Positions 54,621-64,000 of a stretch of DNA of 64,000 nt are shown here, in pieces. The notes under the pieces are model-generated. The model saw nothing but the letters and a program-made list of their open reading frames with translations. It had not been told where the DNA came from and did no database searches. This DNA is from a virus. Taxonomy: Duplodnaviria > Caudoviricetes. The stretch lies in the IMG/VR virus record IMGVR_UViG_3300012662_000011, one strand, 5' to 3'. The number at the start of each line of letters is the position of its first letter. Position 1 is the first letter of the stretch. Both the position numbers and the translations under genes were made by a program.

Positions 54621-55541
54621 ATGCCAATTATCAAGAAAAACGACGTTCGCCCGGAACGTCCTGTTATCATCGTCCTTTACGGACAGCCGGGAAGCGGAAA
54701 GACATCTATCGCCACAACAGCAGACAAACCTATCCTTATCGACTGCGATAGGGGTAGTGATAGAGCCGTTCAGATTGTCGATACGCTCGTCGCAAATAAA
54801 TGGGAAGAGATTACTTCCCAGATTAAAGACTTGTCGGAATACAAGACGGTTATCTGCGATACAGCCAAAGCTGCACTGGATGACTTTCTCTCGCAGTACG
54901 TCTGTGAGTTGAACTATAAGTTGAAGACTAATTCGCTGAAACGCTTCGGACAGATGGCGGACGAGTTCAAAGACTTTGTCGGAACGCTCCAGTCTTTCGG
55001 GATTGACATTGTCTTCATCTGTCATGACAAGGAAACGACAGAGGGTGATATTATAAGGCATGCTCCAGACTGCACAGGTTCGTCTAAGGATCTGCTTTTG
55101 CGCAAGGCTGACCAAGTCGGTTATGTATCCTTCAAAAACGGCAAACGTTTCATCTGTTTTGAACCGAAAGACAATTACGTCGGCAAGAACGTGGCACAGA
55201 TACAGGAAGAAGAAATACCGGATTACGGAACTCCTGAGTTCTCTAATTTCATGGCAAACGTCATCAGTCGCGTCAAGCAGTCCATCCAAAGCAAAACCGA
55301 GGCACAGCGCAAGGCAAACGAAATGATTGAGGGTTTGCGTATGGAGTTGGATGCAGTAACCACCGACAAGGCTGCTGCCGAACTCATGAAAAAGTGTGCC
55401 GACCTTCCTCAGGTAATGAAACTTCCATTCTTTAACGAAATCAAAGAAAAACTCGTTTCTAAGGGTTTTTCTTACGAGGGTGGTAAGTTTACTAAGGCAA
55501 AGACCGAAAAGGCTTCTAAAGCGTCCGAAAATGCGAAATAG
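54621..55541 (+). CDS. Sak4-like (AAA_24) recombinase
   Basis: YGQPGSGKT, IDCDRG, VFICH, ADQVGY. Confidence 0.8.
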   Translation: MPIIKKNDVRPERPVIIVLYGQPGSGKTSIATTADKPILIDCDRGSDRAVQIVDTLVANKWEEITSQIKDLSEYKTVICDTAKAALDDFLSQYVCELNYKLKTNSLKRFGQMADEFKDFVGTLQSFGIDIVFICHDKETTEGDIIRHAPDCTGSSKDLLLRKADQVGYVSFKNGKRFICFEPKDNYVGKNVAQIQEEEIPDYGTPEFSNFMANVISRVKQSIQSKTEAQRKANEMIEGLRMELDAVTTDKAAAELMKKCADLPQVMKLPFFNEIKEKLVSKGFSYEGGKFTKAKTEKASKASENAK

Positions 55542-56298
55542 CGGTATTCCTGTTATCCGTGTAACAACGATAGAAAGTTTCAGGCGATTCGTCGAGCAGT
55601 CAGAGTATGACAATTATGAGATTACCGAGCAGTCGGTAATTGATAATATCACCCAAGAATTTACGGGAAATACAAAGACACGTATTGGCACAGCCTTTCA
55701 TTCTATCATTGAAAGCGGAAAGCCTAAATGCACCAAAGCCGAAGCAGGGGAACGTAAGTTTCTCTACTACGGCAAGGAGCAGATGGAGCCTGTTCCTGTC
55801 GGGCGCACATTCGATATTGACGGCTACTCTGTAACTTTGGATGTAGACCAGTGTAAAGTTGCCCTCGCCTATCGTAACGAGCATCCTAATGCTTTTCATG
55901 AAATCCGTCAGTTTAAGGACTACGGAGAGGCTATCATTACAGGGCAAGCGGATATGATTGACGGGCTGGAGATAAGAGACATTAAGACAAAGTTCTCTCC
56001 CGTCCGTGATAGTGATTACATCAACTCTTGTCAGTGGAAATTCTATCTCGATATATTCGGAGCGGACACTTTCCACTTTGACCTTTTCCAATTCGAGGGC
56101 TACAAGGAAGACAAACACGGCTATGACGTGAGGGGGCTTAACCTGAAAAGATACGAGCCAAGTATCACTTGCTACAGATACGACAACATGCAAGCGGATA
56201 TAGAGTTCCTTCTCGGTATGTTCCTCGATTGGGCTAAGCAAAGAAACTTAATGAAATATTTTAAAACTTACGAAGAATGGAATTTCAAGGAAAAGTAA
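55531..56298 (+). CDS. PD-(D/E)XK exonuclease
   Basis: GTAFHSIIE, GQAD, DIKT, QWKFY; between recombinase and SSB. Confidence 0.75.
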   Translation: MRNSGIPVIRVTTIESFRRFVEQSEYDNYEITEQSVIDNITQEFTGNTKTRIGTAFHSIIESGKPKCTKAEAGERKFLYYGKEQMEPVPVGRTFDIDGYSVTLDVDQCKVALAYRNEHPNAFHEIRQFKDYGEAIITGQADMIDGLEIRDIKTKFSPVRDSDYINSCQWKFYLDIFGADTFHFDLFQFEGYKEDKHGYDVRGLNLKRYEPSITCYRYDNMQADIEFLLGMFLDWAKQRNLMKYFKTYEEWNFKEK

Positions 56299-56681
56299 TA
56301 TGGATTGGCGAGAAACGCCAGGGTGTATCAAGCAAAGGTTCTGCGTGGAGCAGTCAAGACTACGCGGTACAGGATGCCACACAGCAATACCCAAAGACAA
56401 TGTGTTTTAATGTCTTCGGAGAGGACAAGATAAAGAACTTCAACATTCAGATGGGCGAAGAAATCAAAGTGCTGTTTGATATTGACGCCCGTCAGTATAA
56501 CGGCAAGTTCTATAACGACATCCGTGCATGGAAAGTTGAACGTCCTAATGCCGGTCAAGCCTTGCAGCCTGCTGCGCAGCAGTCGGCATTTCAAGACCCT
56601 TTTTCTGGAGCTGCGCAACAGCAAGCCCCACAGCAGACAGCTCAACAAACAGAGCAGTCTAAAGGTGATCTTCCCTTTTGA
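56277..56681 (+). CDS. DUF3127 single-stranded DNA-binding protein
   Basis: QYPKTMCF..FGEDKI...YNDIRAW; tail ending GDLPF. Confidence 0.85.
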   Translation: MEFQGKVIWIGEKRQGVSSKGSAWSSQDYAVQDATQQYPKTMCFNVFGEDKIKNFNIQMGEEIKVLFDIDARQYNGKFYNDIRAWKVERPNAGQALQPAAQQSAFQDPFSGAAQQQAPQQTAQQTEQSKGDLPF

Positions 56682-56719
56682 GAATATCGTCAGAATGATT
56701 GAAGAAATAGCAAGCAAGT

Positions 56720-57157
56720 ATGATATACAACTTGTCAGACTCTCTTGAACGTGAGCAGTTCACCACTCGCGCTAAGTTCCTTCAGGAACGTGGTACGGTG
56801 GTGGAACTCACGGAAAAGAAACAGAGAACACTAAATCAAAATTCATACCTTCATGCAGCTCTCGGATATTTCGCCTTGCAGATTGGTTTGCCCTTGCAAG
56901 AAGTAAAGGAGGTTTATTTCAAGGCGACGTGTAATCCGGATTTGTTTACTCGCACGCGGCAAGACAAGATTCTCGGAGGTGAGCGTGATTATCTCCGCTC
57001 GACAAAGGACTTGACGAAAGAAGAGCTTTCTGTTGCAATAGACCGTTTTCTAAAATTTGCATCCGAGAAAGCCGGTATTTATATTCCTCCTTCTGATGAA
57101 TATATCGCCGTGCAGCGTATGCAGTATGAGGTACAACGAAATAGTAAGTACTTATGA
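56720..57157 (+). CDS. NinB-like recombination accessory protein
   Basis: RTLNQNSYLH and RSTKDLTKEE motifs. Confidence 0.65.
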   Translation: MIYNLSDSLEREQFTTRAKFLQERGTVVELTEKKQRTLNQNSYLHAALGYFALQIGLPLQEVKEVYFKATCNPDLFTRTRQDKILGGERDYLRSTKDLTKEELSVAIDRFLKFASEKAGIYIPPSDEYIAVQRMQYEVQRNSKYL

Positions 57158-57728
57158 AAAAGAAACTAAAAGGAACATTTTATGATGTCCTCAGCAAACA
57201 AGACCGGGAATACTACATGAACTATCGTACAAATGATGTTCAGGATCCACGTGAGGTAGCCAGATTTAAAGCCTTGTGTATTCAGAAGGTCAGATACGAC
57301 AAAGATAAGAAATGGGCAAAATTACTTGCATGGCGTGTTGTTCGGGATGTAGAGCCACTTCAAATTGACCTTGCGAGAAACGTTCTTTATGCTGCTATGG
57401 TATGGGGAAGGACACATTGACAGATTCTTTTCTTCGTCATGTATCTACCATTCTTGACGGATTGGATTACGGAGATATAAGCAAACGTGGCTGTAGGGTT
57501 GCCAACGCTTATCGCTTGGCAAGAAAAGAATTGAGAAAGATATATGAAAAAAGAAATTTATTTCCGAAGACTTCCGCACCCTGTAAGTCTTGCAAAAATC
57601 AAACAACGCTTCAAGCTGACACCAATAACGGTTAATGGCATTAGTGTGGCGACTATAGCCGATGGCGACGAGGACGTTTTTCAGAAGTGTGCGGATATGG
57701 GATTTTTTGAAGTTAGAAACAAAAAGCT

Positions 57729-58040
57729 ATGACAGAACAAACAATAACATTCACTCCCTCTGCTGACCTGCGGAGGGGATTTAAATGCCTTGCAAAGGGC
57801 ATTATATTAATCTTTGTGTCAATTGGCAAGGTGATAAACCATGCGGTATATAAATATCCGTGGGCGTTCATTGTCGGGTTGTTCCTTGGCTATCTCGTTG
57901 TCAGCTTCCTTGTCGTCGGCAAGGCTCGCTCGGAGCGTGATGCCGTAAACAAGAAGAACTACGAATTACAACAGAAAATAGAACAGTTGCAGATGGCTAA
58001 GGGTGTTAAAGAGGAGGTGAGATATGTCTGCACGGATTAA
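57729..58040 (+). CDS. Membrane protein of unknown function
   Basis: Two hydrophobic segments. Confidence 0.6.
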   Translation: MTEQTITFTPSADLRRGFKCLAKGIILIFVSIGKVINHAVYKYPWAFIVGLFLGYLVVSFLVVGKARSERDAVNKKNYELQQKIEQLQMAKGVKEEVRYVCTD

Positions 58041-58803
58041 TGTAGAAGAAATGAATATGCAAAGGTTTGCCGCAAGGAATACCAAAGCGTATCTGAAAGA
58101 GTACATCCAAAGAAAGAGGAAAAACTATATTATCTCAGCCAATTCTCATCCTACAATATTCTACTTTGCCAATGATACGGCAGGGTTTGCAATTTTCGAT
58201 GCCTACGTTGAGCTGAAAAAATCCTCGCTTTATAAACAAAAAGTCAAAAAATATACAAATGACGCAAACAAGTCTTTTGACCTCTATCAGTCTTACATTA
58301 AATCCCGATGGAAAAATGGTGATAGCGAACAAATCTATATGGATTGCGCTGACCGATTCCAAGATTGCGTCAAGAAGCATGTAGAAGTAATACGTCTTTC
58401 AGCCTTACAGGTAATGACAAGACTCCAGACACCAAACAGGGAATTGTTGTCTTACGTTATTACGGCTTATGTATGCCTCAAAATAGCAGTTGATATTTTT
58501 GATGAGTTTTTCAATAAAGAGAACAAAATGCTCGGTGTGGATGCAAGAAAGGAATTTAGAGAATACAGGTTAACAAGTTGCTTAAAAAACTACGAGGAAA
58601 TCGTGGATATATTAACAGGTAATGGAGATAAAGACAGTGTCCAACATAAGGTCGCAAAAGATAAAAACTTCCAATTTGCAATGACTTGTCTGTATTCTCA
58701 AATAACAAACCCTCACAACCATGATGTGGCGGCAAATGAGGGTATTAACAAGAATAGAAGGGCTGTAATAAAATTTCTAAAACAACAAGAAGACAATGAA
58801 TAA
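58024..58803 (+). CDS. Hypothetical protein
   Basis: 259 aa ORF. Confidence 0.65.
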   Translation: MSARINVEEMNMQRFAARNTKAYLKEYIQRKRKNYIISANSHPTIFYFANDTAGFAIFDAYVELKKSSLYKQKVKKYTNDANKSFDLYQSYIKSRWKNGDSEQIYMDCADRFQDCVKKHVEVIRLSALQVMTRLQTPNRELLSYVITAYVCLKIAVDIFDEFFNKENKMLGVDARKEFREYRLTSCLKNYEEIVDILTGNGDKDSVQHKVAKDKNFQFAMTCLYSQITNPHNHDVAANEGINKNRRAVIKFLKQQEDNE

Positions 58804-59361
58804 TCCATTTATAAAACCCGAAAAGAGAAACGTTATCATGGTGCTGTCGGATGGCTCACGGATTAAGGGAGTTGTTGACATCATTCCTAAACGTTGGTTC
58901 TCACAGGCTGACTATGAAGAAGAACTTGTCAAAGAAATCAACAAGTCGCAGCCGAGGGCAGTAAACAAAGTTGTAAATGTACATCTAATGAGAAATTAAT
59001 ATGACAAACGTAATACTAACCACCTTCCTAATAGCAGCAGCACTCTTTCTGTACTGCGCCCTGTCGGGAGGGAATAAAGACAAAGAACAATGAAAAACTT
59101 CACATTACTACAAGCAAGCGCAGACTGCAACGGAGTATTCCTTGATATGCTTCAGGTGATTGCCGATGCCGGGTTCACCCTAAGGTCGCCCAACGGGACG
59201 GCAACAAAGATGACGATGGTCAAGGATGGCAAACTTCGAGAATACTGCGAGAACATTACTATCTCCCTTACAGGTCTTAATGACCTTGTACACTTCATAG
59301 AACTTGTGGGCAAAGTGATAGTGGGAGTTGATACATTAACCATTTATGACGATTACGTGGA

Positions 59362-59820
59362 ATGAATAAGCAGATATACAGATACATGTCAGGGCGTGAA
59401 AAGAATAAACTGATGCGTAAGAAAACGGTACAAAACTTAACCGAACACGCTGCATTAGGGCGTCAGTCAACCGCCATTGGCTTCTGTTTCGGACTCGGTG
59501 ATTTGGAACAGGCAAAGAGGGATTTTCGCAAATTGAGAGGTATAGTAACACCGCAATTCCTACTCGTCGGTGAACCCTTTTCGGAATTTAATTTCAGAAG
59601 ATGTGTAGGCATATACGTGGATTGGAAGGAGTTTGACAAGTTGCCACTTGAAGTGCAAACCAAGACACCTATAGGAGCTGAGCCGCATAGACAAGACTTT
59701 GAATTGTGTTGTACAGAATACGATTTGAAGATGTTTCGTAATTATTTGATATGCGAGATTATAGACCCTATCCCCACTAAGGGGCATCCGACTAAATTTA
59801 AATTAGATTACTGGAAATGA
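59362..59820 (+). CDS. Hypothetical protein
   Basis: 152 aa; ATGA overlaps on both sides. Confidence 0.6.
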   Translation: MNKQIYRYMSGREKNKLMRKKTVQNLTEHAALGRQSTAIGFCFGLGDLEQAKRDFRKLRGIVTPQFLLVGEPFSEFNFRRCVGIYVDWKEFDKLPLEVQTKTPIGAEPHRQDFELCCTEYDLKMFRNYLICEIIDPIPTKGHPTKFKLDYWK

Positions 59821-60342
59821 AAAAAATAAAAGCTGTAGTACTTGCGTATCTGGAATTGAGATTGAGTTCGCTTGACGGAGAAAGTAATTACTCCGATGAA
59901 AAGATTGCCTTATACGACGCAAAATCTGCGATTCAACACATGAATAGCAATGAAGTGATTAAGGGCTTTTTCCTCGTCAGAAAGGACTATCACAGAAAAG
60001 TAAGGGATTATATACTAAGATACAACAAGGCAGGGTTGAAGTTTTTTGATAAAGGGTTATATAAAACCCAAAGCAACCTCGCCTATAAATGCTTAAAGCT
60101 TATTGAGAACAATGAAAAAACGACAAGCAAAGAAACTCCTGATGCGCCCGTGGAATAAAATGCCTAAGAGCTGGATAATACGACTGGTAGAAAGCGGTGC
60201 TTCCTTTAGCGACCATCGCTATGAGAAAGCGGCAATAGTAATCAGAAGATGGAGAAAGAATAAATGCAAGCAGCAATAACCCTCGCCCTCGTAGCTGCAT
60301 GGGCATACCACAGCTACAAGGCTATAAAACAAAACAAGTGAT

Positions 60343-61020
60343 ATGAAAGATAGAAAATATAAATTTACAGACGAGACAAAAGAAGTCTACGGAACAACCT
60401 TACATAGAATTGTTGCATTAAAGGACTTCGCAGGAGTTGAGAATGGCGACAAAGGAGGGTGGATTGAGAATGAAAACAATCTGTCGCAATATGGTAATGC
60501 GTGGGTCTACGGCAATGCAAGGGTCTTCGACAATGCAGAGGTCTACGGCGATGCAATGGTCTACGGCGATGCAATGGTCTACGGCAATGCAAGGGTCTTC
60601 GACAATGCAGAGGTCTACGGCGATGCAATGGTCTACGGCAATGCGCAGGTCTACGGCAATGCGCAGGTCTACGGCAATGCGCAGGTCTACGGCAAGGCGC
60701 AGGTCTACGGCAATGCAAGGGTCTTCGACAATGCAGAGGTCTACGGCAATGCAAGGGTCTTCGGCAGGGCAGAGGTCTTCGGCATCGCAATGGTCTACGA
60801 CAATGCAGGCTATATTGTTTTCAAGAACTTCTGGAGCAGCGGACGTTACTTCACGTGGACTCGTTCCAACAATATGTGGAGAGTTGGATGCTTCTACGGC
60901 ACGGGCGAGGAACTGATTGCTAAAGCCTATAAAGACAGCGAAAAGTCGGGAAGGGAATATGAAAGAGTGGTAAGGTATGTGGAAAGCATACTTGCCGACG
61001 AACAAACGGAAAACAAGTGA
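60343..61020 (+). CDS. Hexapeptide-repeat (beta-helix) phage protein
   Basis: GDKGGWIE..NLSQ N-terminus; VYGNAx repeats; VGCFYGT C-terminus. Confidence 0.85.
   Translation: MKDRKYKFTDETKEVYGTTLHRIVALKDFAGVENGDKGGWIENENNLSQYGNAWVYGNARVFDNAEVYGDAMVYGDAMVYGNARVFDNAEVYGDAMVYGNAQVYGNAQVYGNAQVYGKAQVYGNARVFDNAEVYGNARVFGRAEVFGIAMVYDNAGYIVFKNFWSSGRYFTWTRSNNMWRVGCFYGTGEELIAKAYKDSEKSGREYERVVRYVESILADEQTENK
60505..60810 (+). repeat. 17 x 18-nt coding tandem repeat
   Basis: GTCTWCGRCRATGCRNNG units. Confidence 0.9.
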
Positions 61021-61527
61021 TATGGAAGCAATAATTTTCACATTAATTAACGTTCTCTGCGCCGCTTTTATATGGTTCAGAATAGGCAGACAGAAAGCCT
61101 TTGAGAACCTGTTGAAAGATTACAGGAAACTGGCAAAGATTTGTCAAATTCAAGAGATAATTATCAAAGGTTATAAACAAAAATATGGAGAGCTGACAGA
61201 TGGGACTAATGAACAGAATTAAGGCAGTGTGGGAAGTGCTGACAAAGAAGAATTATATACTCCATTCCGGAAATGAAGATAAAGAAGAAATAGCAAAGAC
61301 TGCACTAATTAGGGATGCCTTTTTGCTTGAAGGATTGTTTGTGATAAGTACAGAACGCCTTCAGATGATATATAGTATCCTATACGACCGCAGCGTAATA
61401 TTGCAGGGTTTTCATGAAGAAGGTTGGGACTATTACGTTCCTACCGTAATCTACGACTGCGAGAGCGAGGAAGATTTCAATGAACTTAGAGAACAGGAGA
61501 TTGAGTAAATGATGGGAGGTTGGGCGA

Positions 61528-61935
61528 ATGGTCAGAATAAGCAAAGTAAAAGTAACGATAAGTTTGGGGGAACTTACCGCACTGAAAAATAGAATATCAT
61601 TCCTTGAAGAAAGACTTGCTATGTATGAGCCTCCAGAGAAGGCAATTCGTCTCTTAAATGCTGATGGGAGTCCTGTCTATCGGTTATCTTCTGTTCATCC
61701 TCTATACAAGAAGGGTCCGAAGAATACCATAGACTCGCTGCCTGACGTTTTTACGGAAAAGCAACTCGAAGACCTGCGCGTGAGTATCGGAAAGAGCAAG
61801 GAAGGAACAAAGAACCAAATCTACCAGTGGAAAAACCGCGGCTATATCGTCAAAGAAAGCGAAGGCATGTGGAGAAAGACTGATACTTATATTACAAGAA
61901 TAAAACAGGCAAGACTTGTTGATATTGAATATTAA
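61528..61935 (+). CDS. Hypothetical protein with C-terminal winged-helix-like region
   Basis: LPDVFT...NQIYQWKNRGYI. Confidence 0.55.
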   Translation: MVRISKVKVTISLGELTALKNRISFLEERLAMYEPPEKAIRLLNADGSPVYRLSSVHPLYKKGPKNTIDSLPDVFTEKQLEDLRVSIGKSKEGTKNQIYQWKNRGYIVKESEGMWRKTDTYITRIKQARLVDIEY

Positions 61936-61954
61936 TTTAAAAAAATAAGAAAAG

Positions 61955-62329
61955 ATGAAAACAAACAGCGGAAAGATTTACAGAGTTGAATACACCACTC
62001 CAGATATGGAAAAGGGTGTTGTAGGTTACGAAACAATGGTATATGCCACATGCGAAGAGCATGCTTGGCAGATATTCTATGCAGCCAACAAGGATGCGAC
62101 AATTAAGAACGTTGAAGAGGTCGATGATTGCATCTCGCAGCATTACAAAGAGAGGAGCATGGTTCCCGAATTTGCCGTTGCCGAAGATATGATGTATGCG
62201 ATGCTTGATGTGTTTAGGGGCGACAAGGAAGTAAAAATCTATAATGCCGAACACGTCATTGATATTGCTTGCAGCATGGCTAAAACCGCCATTAAAGAGG
62301 CAGAGATGCTACATGAAAAGGAGGAATAG
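61955..62329 (+). CDS. Hypothetical protein
   Basis: 124 aa ORF. Confidence 0.6.
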   Translation: MKTNSGKIYRVEYTTPDMEKGVVGYETMVYATCEEHAWQIFYAANKDATIKNVEEVDDCISQHYKERSMVPEFAVAEDMMYAMLDVFRGDKEVKIYNAEHVIDIACSMAKTAIKEAEMLHEKEE

Positions 62330-63118
62330 TATTTAACCCACCTTGTGCGTTGCCGTTTCCACGGCAGCGTGCATTTAAACAGAAAGCCCGATAATATGGA
62401 CAGATGGAATATAAGAGTAAAGATTGAGGGTGAGGACATATCTGTCAGTGCATCCTACAACGGCAAGGCGGTGGAGATGAAAAACGAATATAAGGTCGGA
62501 GAAAAGATAATCCTTGAAGTGCAGGAGCAAGATTGCCAAAGATGTTTCTTCAATGATGAGGGGATATGTTACGCTCCCCCAACGATAATGTGTTGTGATG
62601 GACGGACTGATAACAAGAATGTAGCGTTTGTTGAAAAGAAAGGAATAAATAAATCAGAAAGTATAACGAAATAAAAAATTGAAGAATATGTATATAAATA
62701 TTGCTGATATAACCCCTTGGCATAGCAGAGGGACAGAATGTTGTTTTAATTGTGCTGAATGTCAGTATTTGACTGATATTCAGCTTGACGAAAACCACGA
62801 AGTGATTATTAGATGTGAGTTGGAGGAGAATAAACAATGACGCTAAATGAATTAATAGAACGGCTTGAAGAGCTAAGGGAATATGGCGATGATACAGTAG
62901 TTGAAGTCAATAGCAATGAGTACTTTGATATTGGTTATGACAACAAAGATGATGTGATTTATATAGAAAGTTAAATATGGAAGAGGAACTAACAAAGAGC
63001 GAGTTGGAAACACTTCGGGCTATCTTGTATAGCTATTATCTCAACAATTCGGAGGTAAAAGATCAGGAAGTAATCGCAAAAAAACATTAAACATTATAAA
63101 CGATAAAATACATCAGTT

Positions 63119-63505
63119 ATGACAAAAGAAGAAGCAAGACATCTGCTGCCTGTAATCAAGGCATACAGCGAAGGAAAGGCCATTCAGCATAAAGTTTACG
63201 ACATGAAGGATGGCACTTCTGAGTGGGAGGATTTAAAGAAGAATGATGAGTGGAATTGGAGGGGTGAATACCGCATTAAGCCAGAGCCTAAATACCGCCC
63301 ATTCAAGGATACAGAAGAGTGTTGGAATGAGATGCAGAAACATCAGCCATTTGGGTGGGTAAAAGTGAAAGATGCAGATGAAATCAAGTACACAATTTAT
63401 TGTACCGTGGGTAATCTTTGTGATTTTGAAGCAGATTTTGATGACTATACTTTCGCCGATGGTACTCCATTTGGAATAAAGGAGGAATTATGCTCGGAGA
63501 TTTAA
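63119..63505 (+). CDS. Phage protein of unknown function
   Basis: YRIKPEPKYRPF...HQPFGWV...FADGTPFG. Confidence 0.7.
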   Translation: MTKEEARHLLPVIKAYSEGKAIQHKVYDMKDGTSEWEDLKKNDEWNWRGEYRIKPEPKYRPFKDTEECWNEMQKHQPFGWVKVKDADEIKYTIYCTVGNLCDFEADFDDYTFADGTPFGIKEELCSEI

Positions 63506-64000
63506 TAGCAACAATAAAGCTGTGGTGGAAACAGAACATAACTTGCAGACACGACTACCACTACAGGGAAATCAATCCCTACAACTCATGGGAGCAGTGC
63601 CGTAAGTGCGGTAGAATCAAAAATTATAAAGGATAGACAATGATAAAGTATAAAGCTATATTTAAAAGGCTACTATTTGTATTACTATTGCCTTTAATTA
63701 TGATATTAACAGGAGCACAGATATTGGGAATATTCATAGCAGCTCTGATTGTATGGATAGTCAAAGGCAAAGAGAATATATTAAGTCGTGAACATATATT
63801 GTTTGTTGAAAAAGTATATAAATTAATAGAAGATGAGAATAATTAAAAATGCTATGAACAAACAATACACATGTAGTCATTGCGACTCTATACTTGAGGT
63901 AAGCGATGAAGACATTTGGCTTAATCCTAAATATGGTGATTATTATATTTGTCCTTGTTGTGGTAATACTAACTATATAAATACAGAAGAAAATGGAACT

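Noticed and set aside
54591-56241. Long minus-strand ORFs (340 aa and 213 aa)
   Set aside because: Antisense shadows of the recombinase and exonuclease genes
60505-60810. CRISPR array
   Set aside because: Contiguous coding repeats without unique spacers; no cas genes
1-64000. Diversity-generating retroelement
   Set aside because: No reverse transcriptase and no template/variable repeat pair recognised in this window

Overview
About 64 kb of a temperate, long-tailed phage of a Bacteroidales (Prevotella/Bacteroides-like) host. The host call rests on TAnnTTTG promoters, A-rich SD-less start regions and DUF3127/DUF4494-type genes. The phage appears to be in its non-integrated form, because a probable attP (3' half of tRNA-His flanked by arm-type repeats) lies between integrase and repressor. 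Layout: tail fibre/receptor-binding genes, tail tip, portal and TerL (minus, 130-14640); scaffold, capsid, neck, tail and tape measure (plus, 14785-27099); a minus-strand operon with two DNA methyltransferases and RuvC (27131-35112); an AT-rich non-coding stretch that may hold the genome end; early genes (AAA ATPase, ArdA, RadC, serine recombinase); antirepressor, integrase, attP, repressor/cro; about 1.9 kb of structured RNA elements; replication/recombination genes and small accessory ORFs. The main result is at 27131-30125. A circularly permuted C5-cytosine methyltransferase with no obvious target-recognition domain (TRD) is flanked by 12 overlapping mini-ORFs of about 43-66 aa, 10 of them missed by the ORF track. 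Each resembles one TRD unit. Seven carry G/C homopolymer tracts, and four of these are currently frameshifted OFF. The proposed interpretation is a split, multispecific methyltransferase with a phase-variable library of specificity peptides supplied in trans. Other notable items: a poly-G tract that changes translational coupling between two receptor-binding modules, seven tRNA-like RNAs without a canonical anticodon arm, and two antisense-RNA switches. Product names come from motif recognition by eye; no database searches were run.
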